Assembly (NCBI GenBank): GCA_022014875.1 | Contig: JAKMAE010000005.1 | Span: forward strand, 1 to 27,877 | Length of the DNA: 27,877 nt | DNA from: Vulcanisaeta sp. | GTDB lineage: Archaea > Thermoproteota > Thermoprotei > Thermoproteales > Thermocladiaceae | Reading direction: 5' to 3' | The notes under the pieces: generated by a model | What the model saw: the letters and a program-made list of their open reading frames with translations, nothing else | What the model was told of the DNA's origin: nothing | Database searches by the model: none | Part shown: piece by piece, positions 1-8,735 of the stretch | Position numbering within the stretch: position 1 is the first letter of the stretch | Layout of the letters: every line of letters begins with the position of its first letter | Program-made: the position numbers and the translations under genes

Positions 1-2
1 AC

Positions 3-287
3 TTGAGTAGGAAGTATGGTACGTGGTTCCTCAGGTTGAGTAATGAGGATGCTGGCCGCATACTCAATGAGGCTTCCAAGGTTTGCACTCAGGTGGAGGG
101 TAGCTTCCTCTACTGCATCTTCTGCCTTGGTTCTCAGTGCGGTATGGAGCCCTCCGAAACCATTACCAGGTACGTACTTGATTGTCTCGATAAATTGAAC
201 ATTAGCCAAAACGTGAGGGATACGTTGAGGAACATACTTAATAAGGCGTTGGAGTTTAGGTCGGAGGTGGTGTGTAGCGGTGAGTAG
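3..287 (+). CDS. 3' part of an unidentified protein (frame open to left window edge)
   Basis: The frame is open from the window edge to TAG at 285-287. It overlaps the GTG start of the next ORF by 8 nt, which suggests co-transcription. I recognise no motif. Confidence 0.35.
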   Translation: MSRKYGTWFLRLSNEDAGRILNEASKVCTQVEGSFLYCIFCLGSQCGMEPSETITRYVLDCLDKLNISQNVRDTLRNILNKALEFRSEVVCSGE

Positions 288-1341
288 GGTGGTTAGGCTA
301 CTCCTGGGTGGATTGTTTAATGAGTTGGCCCAGGACACCTATAGGCGGTGGTTTGTTTACCAGATGAGGGTTTCGCAGGCGTTGATCATAGCATCATTTA
401 TATCGTTCATAGTGGGGTCTGTGGTTTTGGCCCTTCGTTACGCATTGCTGCACGGGCGTTTAATGCTGGGCGGTTTGGTGCTTTTCTACATCGGCATAAT
501 GTTTAGTCAGCACCCGGGGTTTACTAGGGTCATGCCAAGCCCGCCAGCCTCATTGCTCATAGGTGCTCTATCCATTGCCTGGTTTATCACGTACGTACTT
601 GGCATAAGGTTTAGCTGGATAGTTGGCTTAGTCCTTGTTGTATACTACATAGCACTACTGATTAGGGGTGGGTTGGGTAGGGTCCCCCTCTACTGGCCAA
701 ACACCTTCTTCCTAAGTGGCCTGGTCAGCCTTGCCGTGGCGCTTTACACTGGTGGGCCGGGGATAATCGCCTTCCCAATCGCGTCGATAGTCAGCCTGGT
801 TAGGCGTGTCGAAAGTAGGCAGCGGCCTCAATACGTAATTGATTTATTATATACCGCATTACTGCCAATAATGACGTACTTCGTGAAGTACGTAATCGAT
901 ATCGCCATAATGTCCCTACTCACATTCGCCGTAATCGGCCTACCTAGGGGCTTCAGGTCCTGGGTTAAGACCGTGTACTCAAGGGCATACCCAATAGGCT
1001 CGGTGCTCGCCAGGGCATCCCTCTTGACCGCAGTAATACTGGCCCTCGTGGGGGTCCCCATGTCTGAAATACTCCACCTATTGTTCATCGGCTTCATCGC
1101 TACTGTAATGTCCGTGTTGTGCATACCAATGTTGATCCCAGGGATTCTATGGTTCTCAATGAGGTTCTACGGGATTTCTGGGTATGAAATACCAGCGCTA
1201 CTTTTCATATCGGCACTATTAAGGGCGCTCTACTTCCTAGCGGGCCCCATATTGATCATGGTCTCCCTACTGCTCGTTTTCGCAGCCTATATCGAGGTTG
1301 CGGTGTCTTACCTGAGTGGCGAGAGGGTTCAGGTTCTCTGA
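280..1341 (+). CDS. Multi-pass integral membrane protein, function unknown
   Basis: 353 aa. Almost the whole length is hydrophobic, with roughly 9-11 predicted TM stretches (e.g. ALIIASFISFIVGSVVLAL, WIVGLVLVVYYIALLI, ILIMVSLLLVFAAYI). GTG start. No catalytic motif recognised. Confidence 0.6.
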   Translation: MSRVVRLLLGGLFNELAQDTYRRWFVYQMRVSQALIIASFISFIVGSVVLALRYALLHGRLMLGGLVLFYIGIMFSQHPGFTRVMPSPPASLLIGALSIAWFITYVLGIRFSWIVGLVLVVYYIALLIRGGLGRVPLYWPNTFFLSGLVSLAVALYTGGPGIIAFPIASIVSLVRRVESRQRPQYVIDLLYTALLPIMTYFVKYVIDIAIMSLLTFAVIGLPRGFRSWVKTVYSRAYPIGSVLARASLLTAVILALVGVPMSEILHLLFIGFIATVMSVLCIPMLIPGILWFSMRFYGISGYEIPALLFISALLRALYFLAGPILIMVSLLLVFAAYIEVAVSYLSGERVQVL

Positions 1342-1919
1342 GGAGTTATGAAGTGATTAAGCATTGCGTTAGCTATTAACCTGGCTATCCTAATTGGCTC
1401 GGGCCTCTTACCCTCTCTGGTGAACTTCCTGATTAGGGTTCTCGCGGTCCTATAATCCATATTCACAAACCTCGCGTAAACCCTGAGGTTGCCAGGTAAC
1501 AGTATCTCCGTGGGCCTACCCAACTTCTCGTAGAGCGCTATCCTAATGCTGTAATCATTGGGGAATAGCTTCCTTAAGGCGTTGATTACGTCACCCTCCG
1601 GTTCCTCAAAGGTCAGGCATAGGACTGGTAGGCCGAGCTCGGTCGCCAATTTCTCGAGATCCACTATGTTGTACCACGATATTATACATCCATCTAGCAT
1701 TAGGAGCTGCACATCATTCCTACCGAGCGACCTGTAGAGCCTTATTATTGATTCGGTGGCGTCTAAGCCGCCCACGGTGGTCCTCCCCAGCGAGATCCCG
1801 TCTATTACGCCGTCACTCCTCATGACAACCCCAACAAGTATTGAGTATGGGTAACCAATCCTGAAGCTCTCAGCTATACCCAACGCCCTGATACCAGGCT
1901 TGCTAATCAGTGATTCCAT
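1329..1919 (-). CDS. DUF99 / UPF0215 family protein (endonuclease-V-like fold family)
   Basis: The N-terminus MESLISKPGIRALGIAESF and the segment GVVMRSDGVIDG...LDATE...LMLDG match my memory of archaeal UPF0215 proteins of about 190 aa. I start it at ATG 1919, not the ORF-track 2003. That removes the overlap with the upstream gene and puts a TATA-like box (1946-1952) about 30 nt upstream. Confidence 0.6.
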   Translation of the reverse strand: MESLISKPGIRALGIAESFRIGYPYSILVGVVMRSDGVIDGISLGRTTVGGLDATESIIRLYRSLGRNDVQLLMLDGCIISWYNIVDLEKLATELGLPVLCLTFEEPEGDVINALRKLFPNDYSIRIALYEKLGRPTEILLPGNLRVYARFVNMDYRTARTLIRKFTREGKRPEPIRIARLIANAMLNHFITPQRT

Positions 1920-1945
1920 GCCCACTGCCCAATCAATCGCGGGTG

Positions 1946-1952
1946 TATTTAA
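1946..1952 (-). promoter_or_regulatory. TATA-like box for the DUF99 gene
   Basis: The minus strand reads cgcTTAAATAcac, centred about 30 nt upstream of ATG 1919. Confidence 0.35.
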
Positions 1953-1965
1953 GCGAAGAGGGTGT

Positions 1966-2835
1966 TTAAACCCTAGGTTTAAGACCAAGCCTAACCAGGC
2001 CATCCCTCAATTTCTGAACCTCCTCGTTACTTAACGGCCTCAGGTATGGTTCCTTGACCGTGCCGAAGTCATAACGCAGCAGGTGCACCAGCCTGTAGTA
2101 AGCGTCGACGCCTGGGTAATCCCTTATTAAGTCCCTAACCTTGGCAATCAATTCCTGCTTCTCAACGGCTGCCTGAAGCCTACCCGCCCTGAAATCATCA
2201 ATCATTTCCCTCATTAATTCAGGGAATACGTTTGCCATCGCCGATATGCAGCCCTTAGCGCCAACCATAAGCGCCGGCACTATCGTTGTGTCAGCCCCAT
2301 TAAACACCGTTATCCCCAACCTTACATGGCCCATTATCTGCGTTATGTCGCCAGTACTATCCTTAATACCGGCAATCCTAACACCATCACTGATTAACCG
2401 GGCCACAAGGTCTGGCGTTACATTAAAGCCCGTGTTCTGCGGTATGTTGTATATGAAGATCGGTAGCTTGGTTTGTTCGGAGAGCTTGAGGTAGTACTTC
2501 CTTATAGTTTCATAATCAGGCCTGTAGTATATGGGTGGTATTGACGAGATCGCGACGGCCCCATACTTCTCCGCGAGTTTTACAGTATCGACAACCTCGT
2601 CCCAGTTGAAGGAGAATACATGAACTATCAACTGCTTATTAGTGTGCTTAGCGAGCAGCTCTAGGACCTCCCTCCTCTCGTTTATTGTTAAGTATGGACC
2701 CTGGCTCGTGGTGCCGAATGGATAAAAGCCGTCAACCCCAGCCTTAGTTAGCGACTCAATGTGCCTAATTAGGGAGTCCAGGTCAAGCTTACCGTTCTTA
2801 AACGGTATTGCCAGGGCTACGAACAAGCCCTCCAT
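1966..2835 (-). CDS. DapA-family class I (Schiff-base) aldolase, probably KD(P)G aldolase
   Basis: Carries GTTSQG, IYNIPQNTG and the catalytic-Lys motif GIKDSTGD, typical of the DHDPS/NAL/KDG-aldolase family. With a start at ATG 2835 (MEGLFVALAIPF) the N-terminus has the same length as the Sulfolobus KDG aldolase N-terminus as I recall it, and it lies 26 nt from a TATA box. The ORF track starts 9 nt earlier, at 2844. Confidence 0.7.
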   Translation of the reverse strand: MEGLFVALAIPFKNGKLDLDSLIRHIESLTKAGVDGFYPFGTTSQGPYLTINERREVLELLAKHTNKQLIVHVFSFNWDEVVDTVKLAEKYGAVAISSIPPIYYRPDYETIRKYYLKLSEQTKLPIFIYNIPQNTGFNVTPDLVARLISDGVRIAGIKDSTGDITQIMGHVRLGITVFNGADTTIVPALMVGAKGCISAMANVFPELMREMIDDFRAGRLQAAVEKQELIAKVRDLIRDYPGVDAYYRLVHLLRYDFGTVKEPYLRPLSNEEVQKLRDGLVRLGLKPRV

Positions 2836-2854
2836 CAAGCCCATACCTACCTCG

Positions 2855-2867
2855 GTATTAATAAGCC
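2855..2867 (-). promoter_or_regulatory. TATA box for the aldolase gene
   Basis: The minus strand reads gcTTATTAATAcc, centred 26 nt upstream of ATG 2835 and just after the arcadin-4 stop. Confidence 0.4.
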
Positions 2868-2887
2868 TGTTTATTACCTATTCTATG

Positions 2888-5383
2888 CTAGCCCAATACC
2901 TGCTCTATCCTGCGTTCACCACCCACCTTAACCAACCTAGTAATGCTATAGTTAACGCCCGCGTTCCTCGCGGCATCTAGGATATCGTTTAGTAAGTCCT
3001 CTGACTGCGTGGTGATGATTACCTGGCCCACCAAGCCCTCCTTAACGAGCCTGGCCAACAATGAGGCGAAGGCCCTCCTGATGTTTTGGTCTACGTACGG
3101 TATTGGCTCATCCATGAGCAGGAAGTCTACGTTGTGATTGGTAGCCCTGTAAACACTTAATAGGAATGATAACGCGATCGTGAGCCTCTGCCCATCACTT
3201 AGCCTCGATACCGTGACCTTCCTACCACCTGGCCTTATTGCATAGAGCGTGTATTCACTGACGACACCAACAACACCCCTGTCCTTAACAGTGACCTCAA
3301 TACCCGCGCTCTCGAGGTCCTCGTACGGGTAGAGGGTCTTGAATATTGGGCCTACGTTATCACGTACCAACCTAATCATCTCATCCCTAACCCTGGCCTG
3401 CACATCCCTAATCCCAGCCCTAATCCGGGCCAACCTGTTGTAGAGGTCCTCGAGGAAGTCCAGCCTCCTCCTAAGTACCGAGGGGTCCTCCTTATCGAGG
3501 CCAATCCTAGCCAGGATTAGCTCCAACCTACTGAGCTCGGCGGAATACTCACCCAACCTATTCCTTACCTGCATTAGTTTATCACTGACGTACTTAATCT
3601 CATCTTCAAGCCTGATTATCACGTTCGTATCCAGGCCAAGCCTGGCGAGCTGGTTCTTAAGTTCCTCCTCCTGCGCCCTCAGTTTCTCAAGCTCCCTGTA
3701 CTTCCTCAGGTACGCTATTGACTTATCGACATTATCAACCTCAGTCCTAAACTCATCAATAAATCGCGTGAGGGTTTGTATCCTCCTGTCTAAATCCCTT
3801 ATGGACCCATCAATGGTCTCTAACCTAGTAATCAACGCATCAAGCCTAGACCTAATCTCTCGCGCCCTCTCAATCGTCGCCTCATAATCATTAACTATTG
3901 GCCGTAGGGACTCCATCCTCGTAAAAACCCTCTCTAGTTCACTAATTCTATCCTTAATCGCATTGACGCTCTCCCCCGCCTCTACGGATGATAACTCCTT
4001 AATCCTCCTCCTAATCATCTCGTAATCCTCCTCACTAAGTGGCTTACCGCATATGGGGCATTTCTCCTCGCGTGTTGATAATACGTATTGAAGGACGGTC
4101 AATAGTGATAACCTAAACCTCTCCTCGGCGCTCATCTTCTCTAGCTTTTCTTTCAATTCATAAAGCTCCCTCCTAACCCTCTCGGGCTCACCGTACTTAC
4201 TCACCAACTCCCTATACTCCCTCACCCTACCCTCCTCCTGCGCAAGCCTACTCTCTAACTCCTTTAATGTTGACTTCTCGGCCTCGGTTTGTATCTCCAG
4301 GTCCTGCCGGACCCTGTTTAGATAATCCCTATCCTCCATTAATTTATCCTTAAGCTTCACGAGACCCTCAAATGCTGAGTATATGCGTTCCAGGGCATCT
4401 GCCAGGTTTTCACTGGTTATGACCAACTTCCCCAACTCCTCTGCTTCCTTGACCAGTGCGAATTCCTCAAGCTTCTCGACAAGAACATCCCTAAGCCTCT
4501 CAAGTCTCAGCCTAATGCTTGTCTCATTGACCTCCCTAACATTGGCCTTGCGCAACTCCTCCTCAATACTCTCCCTCCTTAATCGGGTAGCTATGTAGTT
4601 GCTGTAAACCTCCTCAACACCCTTCAAACCCTTTAGCAGCTCCTCCCTCTTACTCAATAACTCGTTATATGCCCTACTCAATTCCTCCTCCTCCCTCCTT
4701 AACCTATCTATCTCAGCCCTTAGCTCCTGCATTTTCTCCCTGGCCTTTTCGATAGAGCCGTACTTACTCGTTATTTCAGGCAACTCCTTAATACTAGCGA
4801 GTTTCTGCCTCAATTCTGTGATCAACTTCTCAATTTGAGTCATGGGTATTGACTTATTGAGGTTATCAAGTATTTCCAAACCGAATAATTTATCTATCAA
4901 GATGCTCCTCTTAGTTACACTACCGTACACCAGGGCCTCCAGGGTCCTGTGCGTAACTAGGATGAATCTCTCGAAGTCATCATCATCAACACCCAGCACC
5001 TCCGTAATCCTCCTATCCACATCACCGCCCTTAACCGTTATCGAGCCGATGATTGCCCTCGCCTCCTCCCTCGCAGACTCACCGCTTCTTCTCAAAACCC
5101 TCGTTATGACCGATCCATCGCTCAGCACCAACCTGACCATCGAATCCGTGGACTCCTCATTTATCAAATCGACCAACCTAGATATCCTCTCCTTAACCTC
5201 CAGTTGCGTGCCGTAGAGTGCATACTCGATGGCCTGTATTATACTTGTTTTTCCGGATCCGACGGGGCCGTGGATTATGTTTATGCCGTCGTTAAATACG
5301 ACCCTATGCTCATTCCTAAAGCCCCTGAAGTTCCTAATAACCAACTCCTTAATCCTAACCTTCACCTTCACCCACCTCAACAC
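2888..5383 (-). CDS. rkd-4: Rad50/SMC-like coiled-coil ABC ATPase in the arcadin-4 position of the arcade cluster
   Basis: N-terminal Walker A GPVGSGKTS. About 600 aa of heptad-rich, E/R/K/L-rich coiled coil, with CPICG (Cys442/Cys445, nt 4049-4060) at its midpoint. C-terminal signature LSDGQR and Walker B/D-loop FLLMDEPIPYVD. It is the last gene of a crenactin operon. The start is ambiguous: GTG 5383, TTG 5380, GTG 5371 or GTG 5365. Confidence 0.8.
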   Translation of the reverse strand: MLRWVKVKVRIKELVIRNFRGFRNEHRVVFNDGINIIHGPVGSGKTSIIQAIEYALYGTQLEVKERISRLVDLINEESTDSMVRLVLSDGSVITRVLRRSGESAREEARAIIGSITVKGGDVDRRITEVLGVDDDDFERFILVTHRTLEALVYGSVTKRSILIDKLFGLEILDNLNKSIPMTQIEKLITELRQKLASIKELPEITSKYGSIEKAREKMQELRAEIDRLRREEEELSRAYNELLSKREELLKGLKGVEEVYSNYIATRLRRESIEEELRKANVREVNETSIRLRLERLRDVLVEKLEEFALVKEAEELGKLVITSENLADALERIYSAFEGLVKLKDKLMEDRDYLNRVRQDLEIQTEAEKSTLKELESRLAQEEGRVREYRELVSKYGEPERVRRELYELKEKLEKMSAEERFRLSLLTVLQYVLSTREEKCPICGKPLSEEDYEMIRRRIKELSSVEAGESVNAIKDRISELERVFTRMESLRPIVNDYEATIERAREIRSRLDALITRLETIDGSIRDLDRRIQTLTRFIDEFRTEVDNVDKSIAYLRKYRELEKLRAQEEELKNQLARLGLDTNVIIRLEDEIKYVSDKLMQVRNRLGEYSAELSRLELILARIGLDKEDPSVLRRRLDFLEDLYNRLARIRAGIRDVQARVRDEMIRLVRDNVGPIFKTLYPYEDLESAGIEVTVKDRGVVGVVSEYTLYAIRPGGRKVTVSRLSDGQRLTIALSFLLSVYRATNHNVDFLLMDEPIPYVDQNIRRAFASLLARLVKEGLVGQVIITTQSEDLLNDILDAARNAGVNYSITRLVKVGGERRIEQVLG

Positions 5384-5540
5384 CGACCTCCCTCAATACC
5401 TCGTTGATCACCTCAAGCACGCCGCGCCTACCCTTTTCCTTATAGGCCAGGTACAACCTCACGGCTAGCTCCGCATCATTACCCAACCTCTCCCTGAGAA
5501 GCCTAGTGATTAACTCATCAAGCTCACCCACCCCCACCAC
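5355..5540 (-). CDS. rkd-3: Small helical protein in the arcadin-3 position
   Basis: 61-aa ORF with helical, charged composition (ELDELITRLLRERLG...VLEVINEVLREVG). It overlaps the 3' end of arcadin-2 by 17 nt and the 5' end of arcadin-4 by up to 29 nt. An AGGAGG lies just upstream of several in-frame GTG start candidates (5540, 5537, 5531). The assignment rests on position only. Confidence 0.5.
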   Translation of the reverse strand: MVGVGELDELITRLLRERLGNDAELAVRLYLAYKEKGRRGVLEVINEVLREVGVEVGEGEG

Positions 5541-6207
5541 CCCTCCTTCTAAGAACCTCTATCCACGGGTTATCACTGAGGAAGTCAGGTAACTCACCAC
5601 CTCCACCACCCTCCGTACTGACCTGAGCCGTGTTCGCCGCGGTAATGCCAACCCTCTCTAATCTGCTCACCCTATTGATCAAGTCGTTGATTGTACTCTC
5701 CATTCTCAGCAACTTTTCCCTTAATTCAGCAACATCCCTCATTAAGGTCTTTATATTCAGTCCATCGACGGCGCTCCTTAGCTCAGCAATTGTTTTCTCT
5801 ATTTCGCTTAATCTCTTCTCAATCTCCTCATTACCACCCTGCGGGAGCTGGATTGGTATGCTGGGTATCAACTCCTCAACTGCCCTATCTGGATCACTTA
5901 AGGCACTGCTTACGTCGTAAAGGTAAACGCCGACCCAATGGCTTTTGAATAGTTTTCCATTTATTAACCCACGGGCATTACGTGGAAACGCTATGTAGGC
6001 CTTGTTATACTTTAGCCTATTCTTCATTGCCGCGCTCAATTCATCAATGATGTACGACTCTGTCGGGAACTCCTCACTCGAAATCCTCACATACACCTTG
6101 TTATTGCCTTCAATAAGCACTAACTCCCTCTCACCCTCATACTCCAGCCTAAGCCCCCTCCTTGCGAACCACTCCTCGAGAACCTTCTTTGCGATTTCAA
6201 TACTCAT
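5524..6207 (-). CDS. rkd-2: Arcadin-2-like crenactin-binding protein
   Basis: 227 aa, directly downstream of crenactin. It has a globular N-terminal domain and a central coiled coil (EIEKRLSEIEKTIAELR...LREKLLRMESTINDLINRVSRLE). The C-terminal peptide ELPDFLSDNPWIEVLRRR is flanked by two Gly5 runs. This fits the published architecture, in which the arcadin-2 C-terminal peptide binds crenactin. Confidence 0.7.
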   Translation of the reverse strand: MSIEIAKKVLEEWFARRGLRLEYEGERELVLIEGNNKVYVRISSEEFPTESYIIDELSAAMKNRLKYNKAYIAFPRNARGLINGKLFKSHWVGVYLYDVSSALSDPDRAVEELIPSIPIQLPQGGNEEIEKRLSEIEKTIAELRSAVDGLNIKTLMRDVAELREKLLRMESTINDLINRVSRLERVGITAANTAQVSTEGGGGGELPDFLSDNPWIEVLRRRGGGGG

Positions 6208-6274
6208 TTAACCTAGCACTATAATTACTTACCACACCCTTTTTAACCCAATTGAATCGAGACGTGGGTTTAAC

Positions 6275-7582
<1,308 letters not shown>

Positions 7583-7585
7583 CTA

Positions 7586-7592
7586 CATCACC
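7586..7592 (-). promoter_or_regulatory. Shine-Dalgarno for crenactin, overlapping the arcadin-1 stop codon
   Basis: The minus strand reads ttGGTGATGtagATG. The TGA stop of arcadin-1 (7588-7590) lies inside the SD. Confidence 0.55.
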
Positions 7593-7920
7593 AAATCGCC
7601 TTTACAGTGATGTACTCATTATTAAACATTATTACGTACGTGTCGTCGAACGACTTAACCCTAGGCTTTAAGTAATCCCTCAACTCATTGGGCAGTGACT
7701 TGGATGATTCCTCGATGCAGCTAATGACGGTATTAACCACGTCCTTGGCATTCTCAGCCTTGGTCTCTATGTAATACATTGCCTGGTACTTAATTCCATT
7801 ATCAACGACTAGGTACTTAATGTTGAGTCCACTTAATATGCAGGAAATAAACCTGCGGCTTTCTCTCACAATATCATTATTATCCCTAATCTCACCAACC
7901 TCACACCTTGGGCATTCCAC
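7588..7920 (-). CDS. rkd-1: Arcadin-1-position small protein
   Basis: 110 aa, first gene of the cluster, 5 nt upstream of crenactin. GTG start 26 nt from a TATA box. N-terminal CPRC. Assigned by synteny and size, not by recognised sequence identity. Confidence 0.55.
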   Translation of the reverse strand: MECPRCEVGEIRDNNDIVRESRRFISCILSGLNIKYLVVDNGIKYQAMYYIETKAENAKDVVNTVISCIEESSKSLPNELRDYLKPRVKSFDDTYVIMFNNEYITVKAIW

Positions 7921-7942
7921 GGTTGACTTATTGGCAATAAGG

Positions 7943-7949
7943 TTTATAA
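7943..7949. promoter_or_regulatory. Near-palindromic TATA box (TTTATAA) in the divergent arcade / 7993 intergenic region
   Basis: Centred 26 nt from GTG 7920 on the minus strand, so that transcript would be leaderless. Read on the plus strand, it would give a 5'UTR of about 23 nt containing AGGTG (7980-7984) ahead of ATG 7993. A second box, ATTATAA, lies at 7974-7980. Confidence 0.45.
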
Positions 7950-7992
7950 GGCAATTGTGCTTTAGAGTTCGAGATTATAAGGTGCGTATTAT

Positions 7993-8352
7993 ATGGAAAA
8001 CCAATTAATCCTTGAGGTTAGGGATCTTGGTAATATAGTCATTAAGCTAGAGCCTACTCTATCACCAATAACATACTCAAGGTTAAGTAAGTCATTGCCC
8101 ACTAGGACGAACGCTATAAGATACGGCCAGGTAATCATACTACCCCTCGACTTGGGCGCTGTGAGCGAGGGCAAGAGAACGAGCCTTAGGCCGTATGAGG
8201 TTGGTTACTGGGTCAAGAAGAAGAGCTTAGTCATTGCATTGGGCGATGTCGAGCTGAGGGAGCAAGTCAATGTACTGGGTTACGTAGTTGCCGGCGTTGA
8301 ATTACTTAGTAAATTGAATGGTGGATACTCAATAAGGGTCACGATGAAGTGA
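7993..8352 (+). CDS. Cyclophilin-like (TM1367-type) small protein
   Basis: 119 aa. The pattern ...EVGYWVKKKSLVIALGD......VNVLGYVVAGVELLSKLNGG..IRV resembles the cyclophilin-like PF04126-type family as I remember it. No PPIase catalytic motif checked. Confidence 0.45.
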   Translation: MENQLILEVRDLGNIVIKLEPTLSPITYSRLSKSLPTRTNAIRYGQVIILPLDLGAVSEGKRTSLRPYEVGYWVKKKSLVIALGDVELREQVNVLGYVVAGVELLSKLNGGYSIRVTMK

Positions 8353-8358
8353 CTGGGA

Positions 8359-8372
8359 TTAAATTTTTAAAG
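8359..8372 (+). promoter_or_regulatory. TATA box (ttaaatttttaaag) plus GGAGG SD (8394-8398) for Alba
   Basis: A strong AT-rich box lies about 37 nt upstream of ATG 8403, with GGAGG 4 nt upstream of the ATG. Confidence 0.5.
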
Positions 8373-8402
8373 TCTCAAGAAAGCCGTAGCGGCGGAGGAA
8401 GT

Positions 8403-8693
8403 ATGAGCACGCCAAGTACACAAGAAACAACAATACTAGTCGGTAAAAAACCAACCACAAGTTACGTAATAGCGACGGTGATGAGCTTCAACGCAGGAGC
8501 AAAGAGGGTGATACTAAAGGCCAGAGGCGGTGCAATAGCTAGGGCAGTATCCACGGCAGTAATGATCAGGGACAGGTTCCTACCTGGCCAGGTTAGGATA
8601 AGCGACATAAAGCTACTATCTGACAAGGTGACTGGGCAGGGAGGCAAGGAGAGGACCGTTGCCGCGATAGAGATAGTGCTTGAGAGGATCTAA
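8403..8693 (+). CDS. albA: Alba (Sso10b) chromatin / RNA-binding protein
   Basis: ILVGKKPTTSYVIATVMSFNAGAKRVILKARGGAIARAVSTAVMIRDRFLPG...IEIVLERI closely parallels Sulfolobus Alba (IGKKPVMNYV...IKARGRAISKAVD...RNRFLP). I use the internal ATG at 8403, not the ORF-track start at 8349. Confidence 0.92.
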   Translation: MSTPSTQETTILVGKKPTTSYVIATVMSFNAGAKRVILKARGGAIARAVSTAVMIRDRFLPGQVRISDIKLLSDKVTGQGGKERTVAAIEIVLERI

Positions 8694-8712
8694 AAGGGCA
8701 TAGTTAAGGTCG

Positions 8713-8723
8713 TAAAAATCAAA
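8713..8723 (-). terminator. Oligo-T terminator for the Roadblock-GTPase operon
   Basis: The minus strand reads cTTTTgaTTTTTac, 13-23 nt after the GTPase stop codon. Confidence 0.45.
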
Positions 8724-8735
8724 AGTACTAAGTCA

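Noticed and set aside
1920-2003. ORF-track N-terminal extension of the DUF99 gene, overlapping the aldolase 3' end. The same question arose for 12930-12977 (ard1) and 2836-2844 (aldolase).
   Set aside because: In each case the internal ATG gives a family-typical N-terminus and sits 26-30 nt from a TATA box that lies inside the supposed extension.
2888-5383. Calling the 831-aa ATPase the genuine DNA-repair Rad50.
   Set aside because: No Mre11, HerA or NurA gene is adjacent, although crenarchaeal rad50 normally sits in that operon. Instead it is translationally coupled to the crenactin/arcadin genes. The switch His is replaced by Gln. I therefore treat it as a Rad50-like paralogue (arcadin-4 position). 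This needs a genome-wide check.
6245-6270. Hairpin AACCCA-14 nt-TGGGTT just downstream of the crenactin stop, considered as an intra-operon attenuator or terminator.
   Set aside because: It has only 6 bp with a large loop, and no oligo-T run on the sense (minus) strand. There is no convincingly spaced internal TATA box for arcadin-2: the candidates lie 18 and 36 nt from the ATG. The evidence is insufficient.
8349-8402. ORF-track N-terminal extension of Alba (MTGIKFLKSQESRSGGGS), with a 4-nt overlap with the upstream gene.
   Set aside because: The extension contains the TATA box and the GGAGG SD of Alba. Alba homologues begin near the MSTPS... position.
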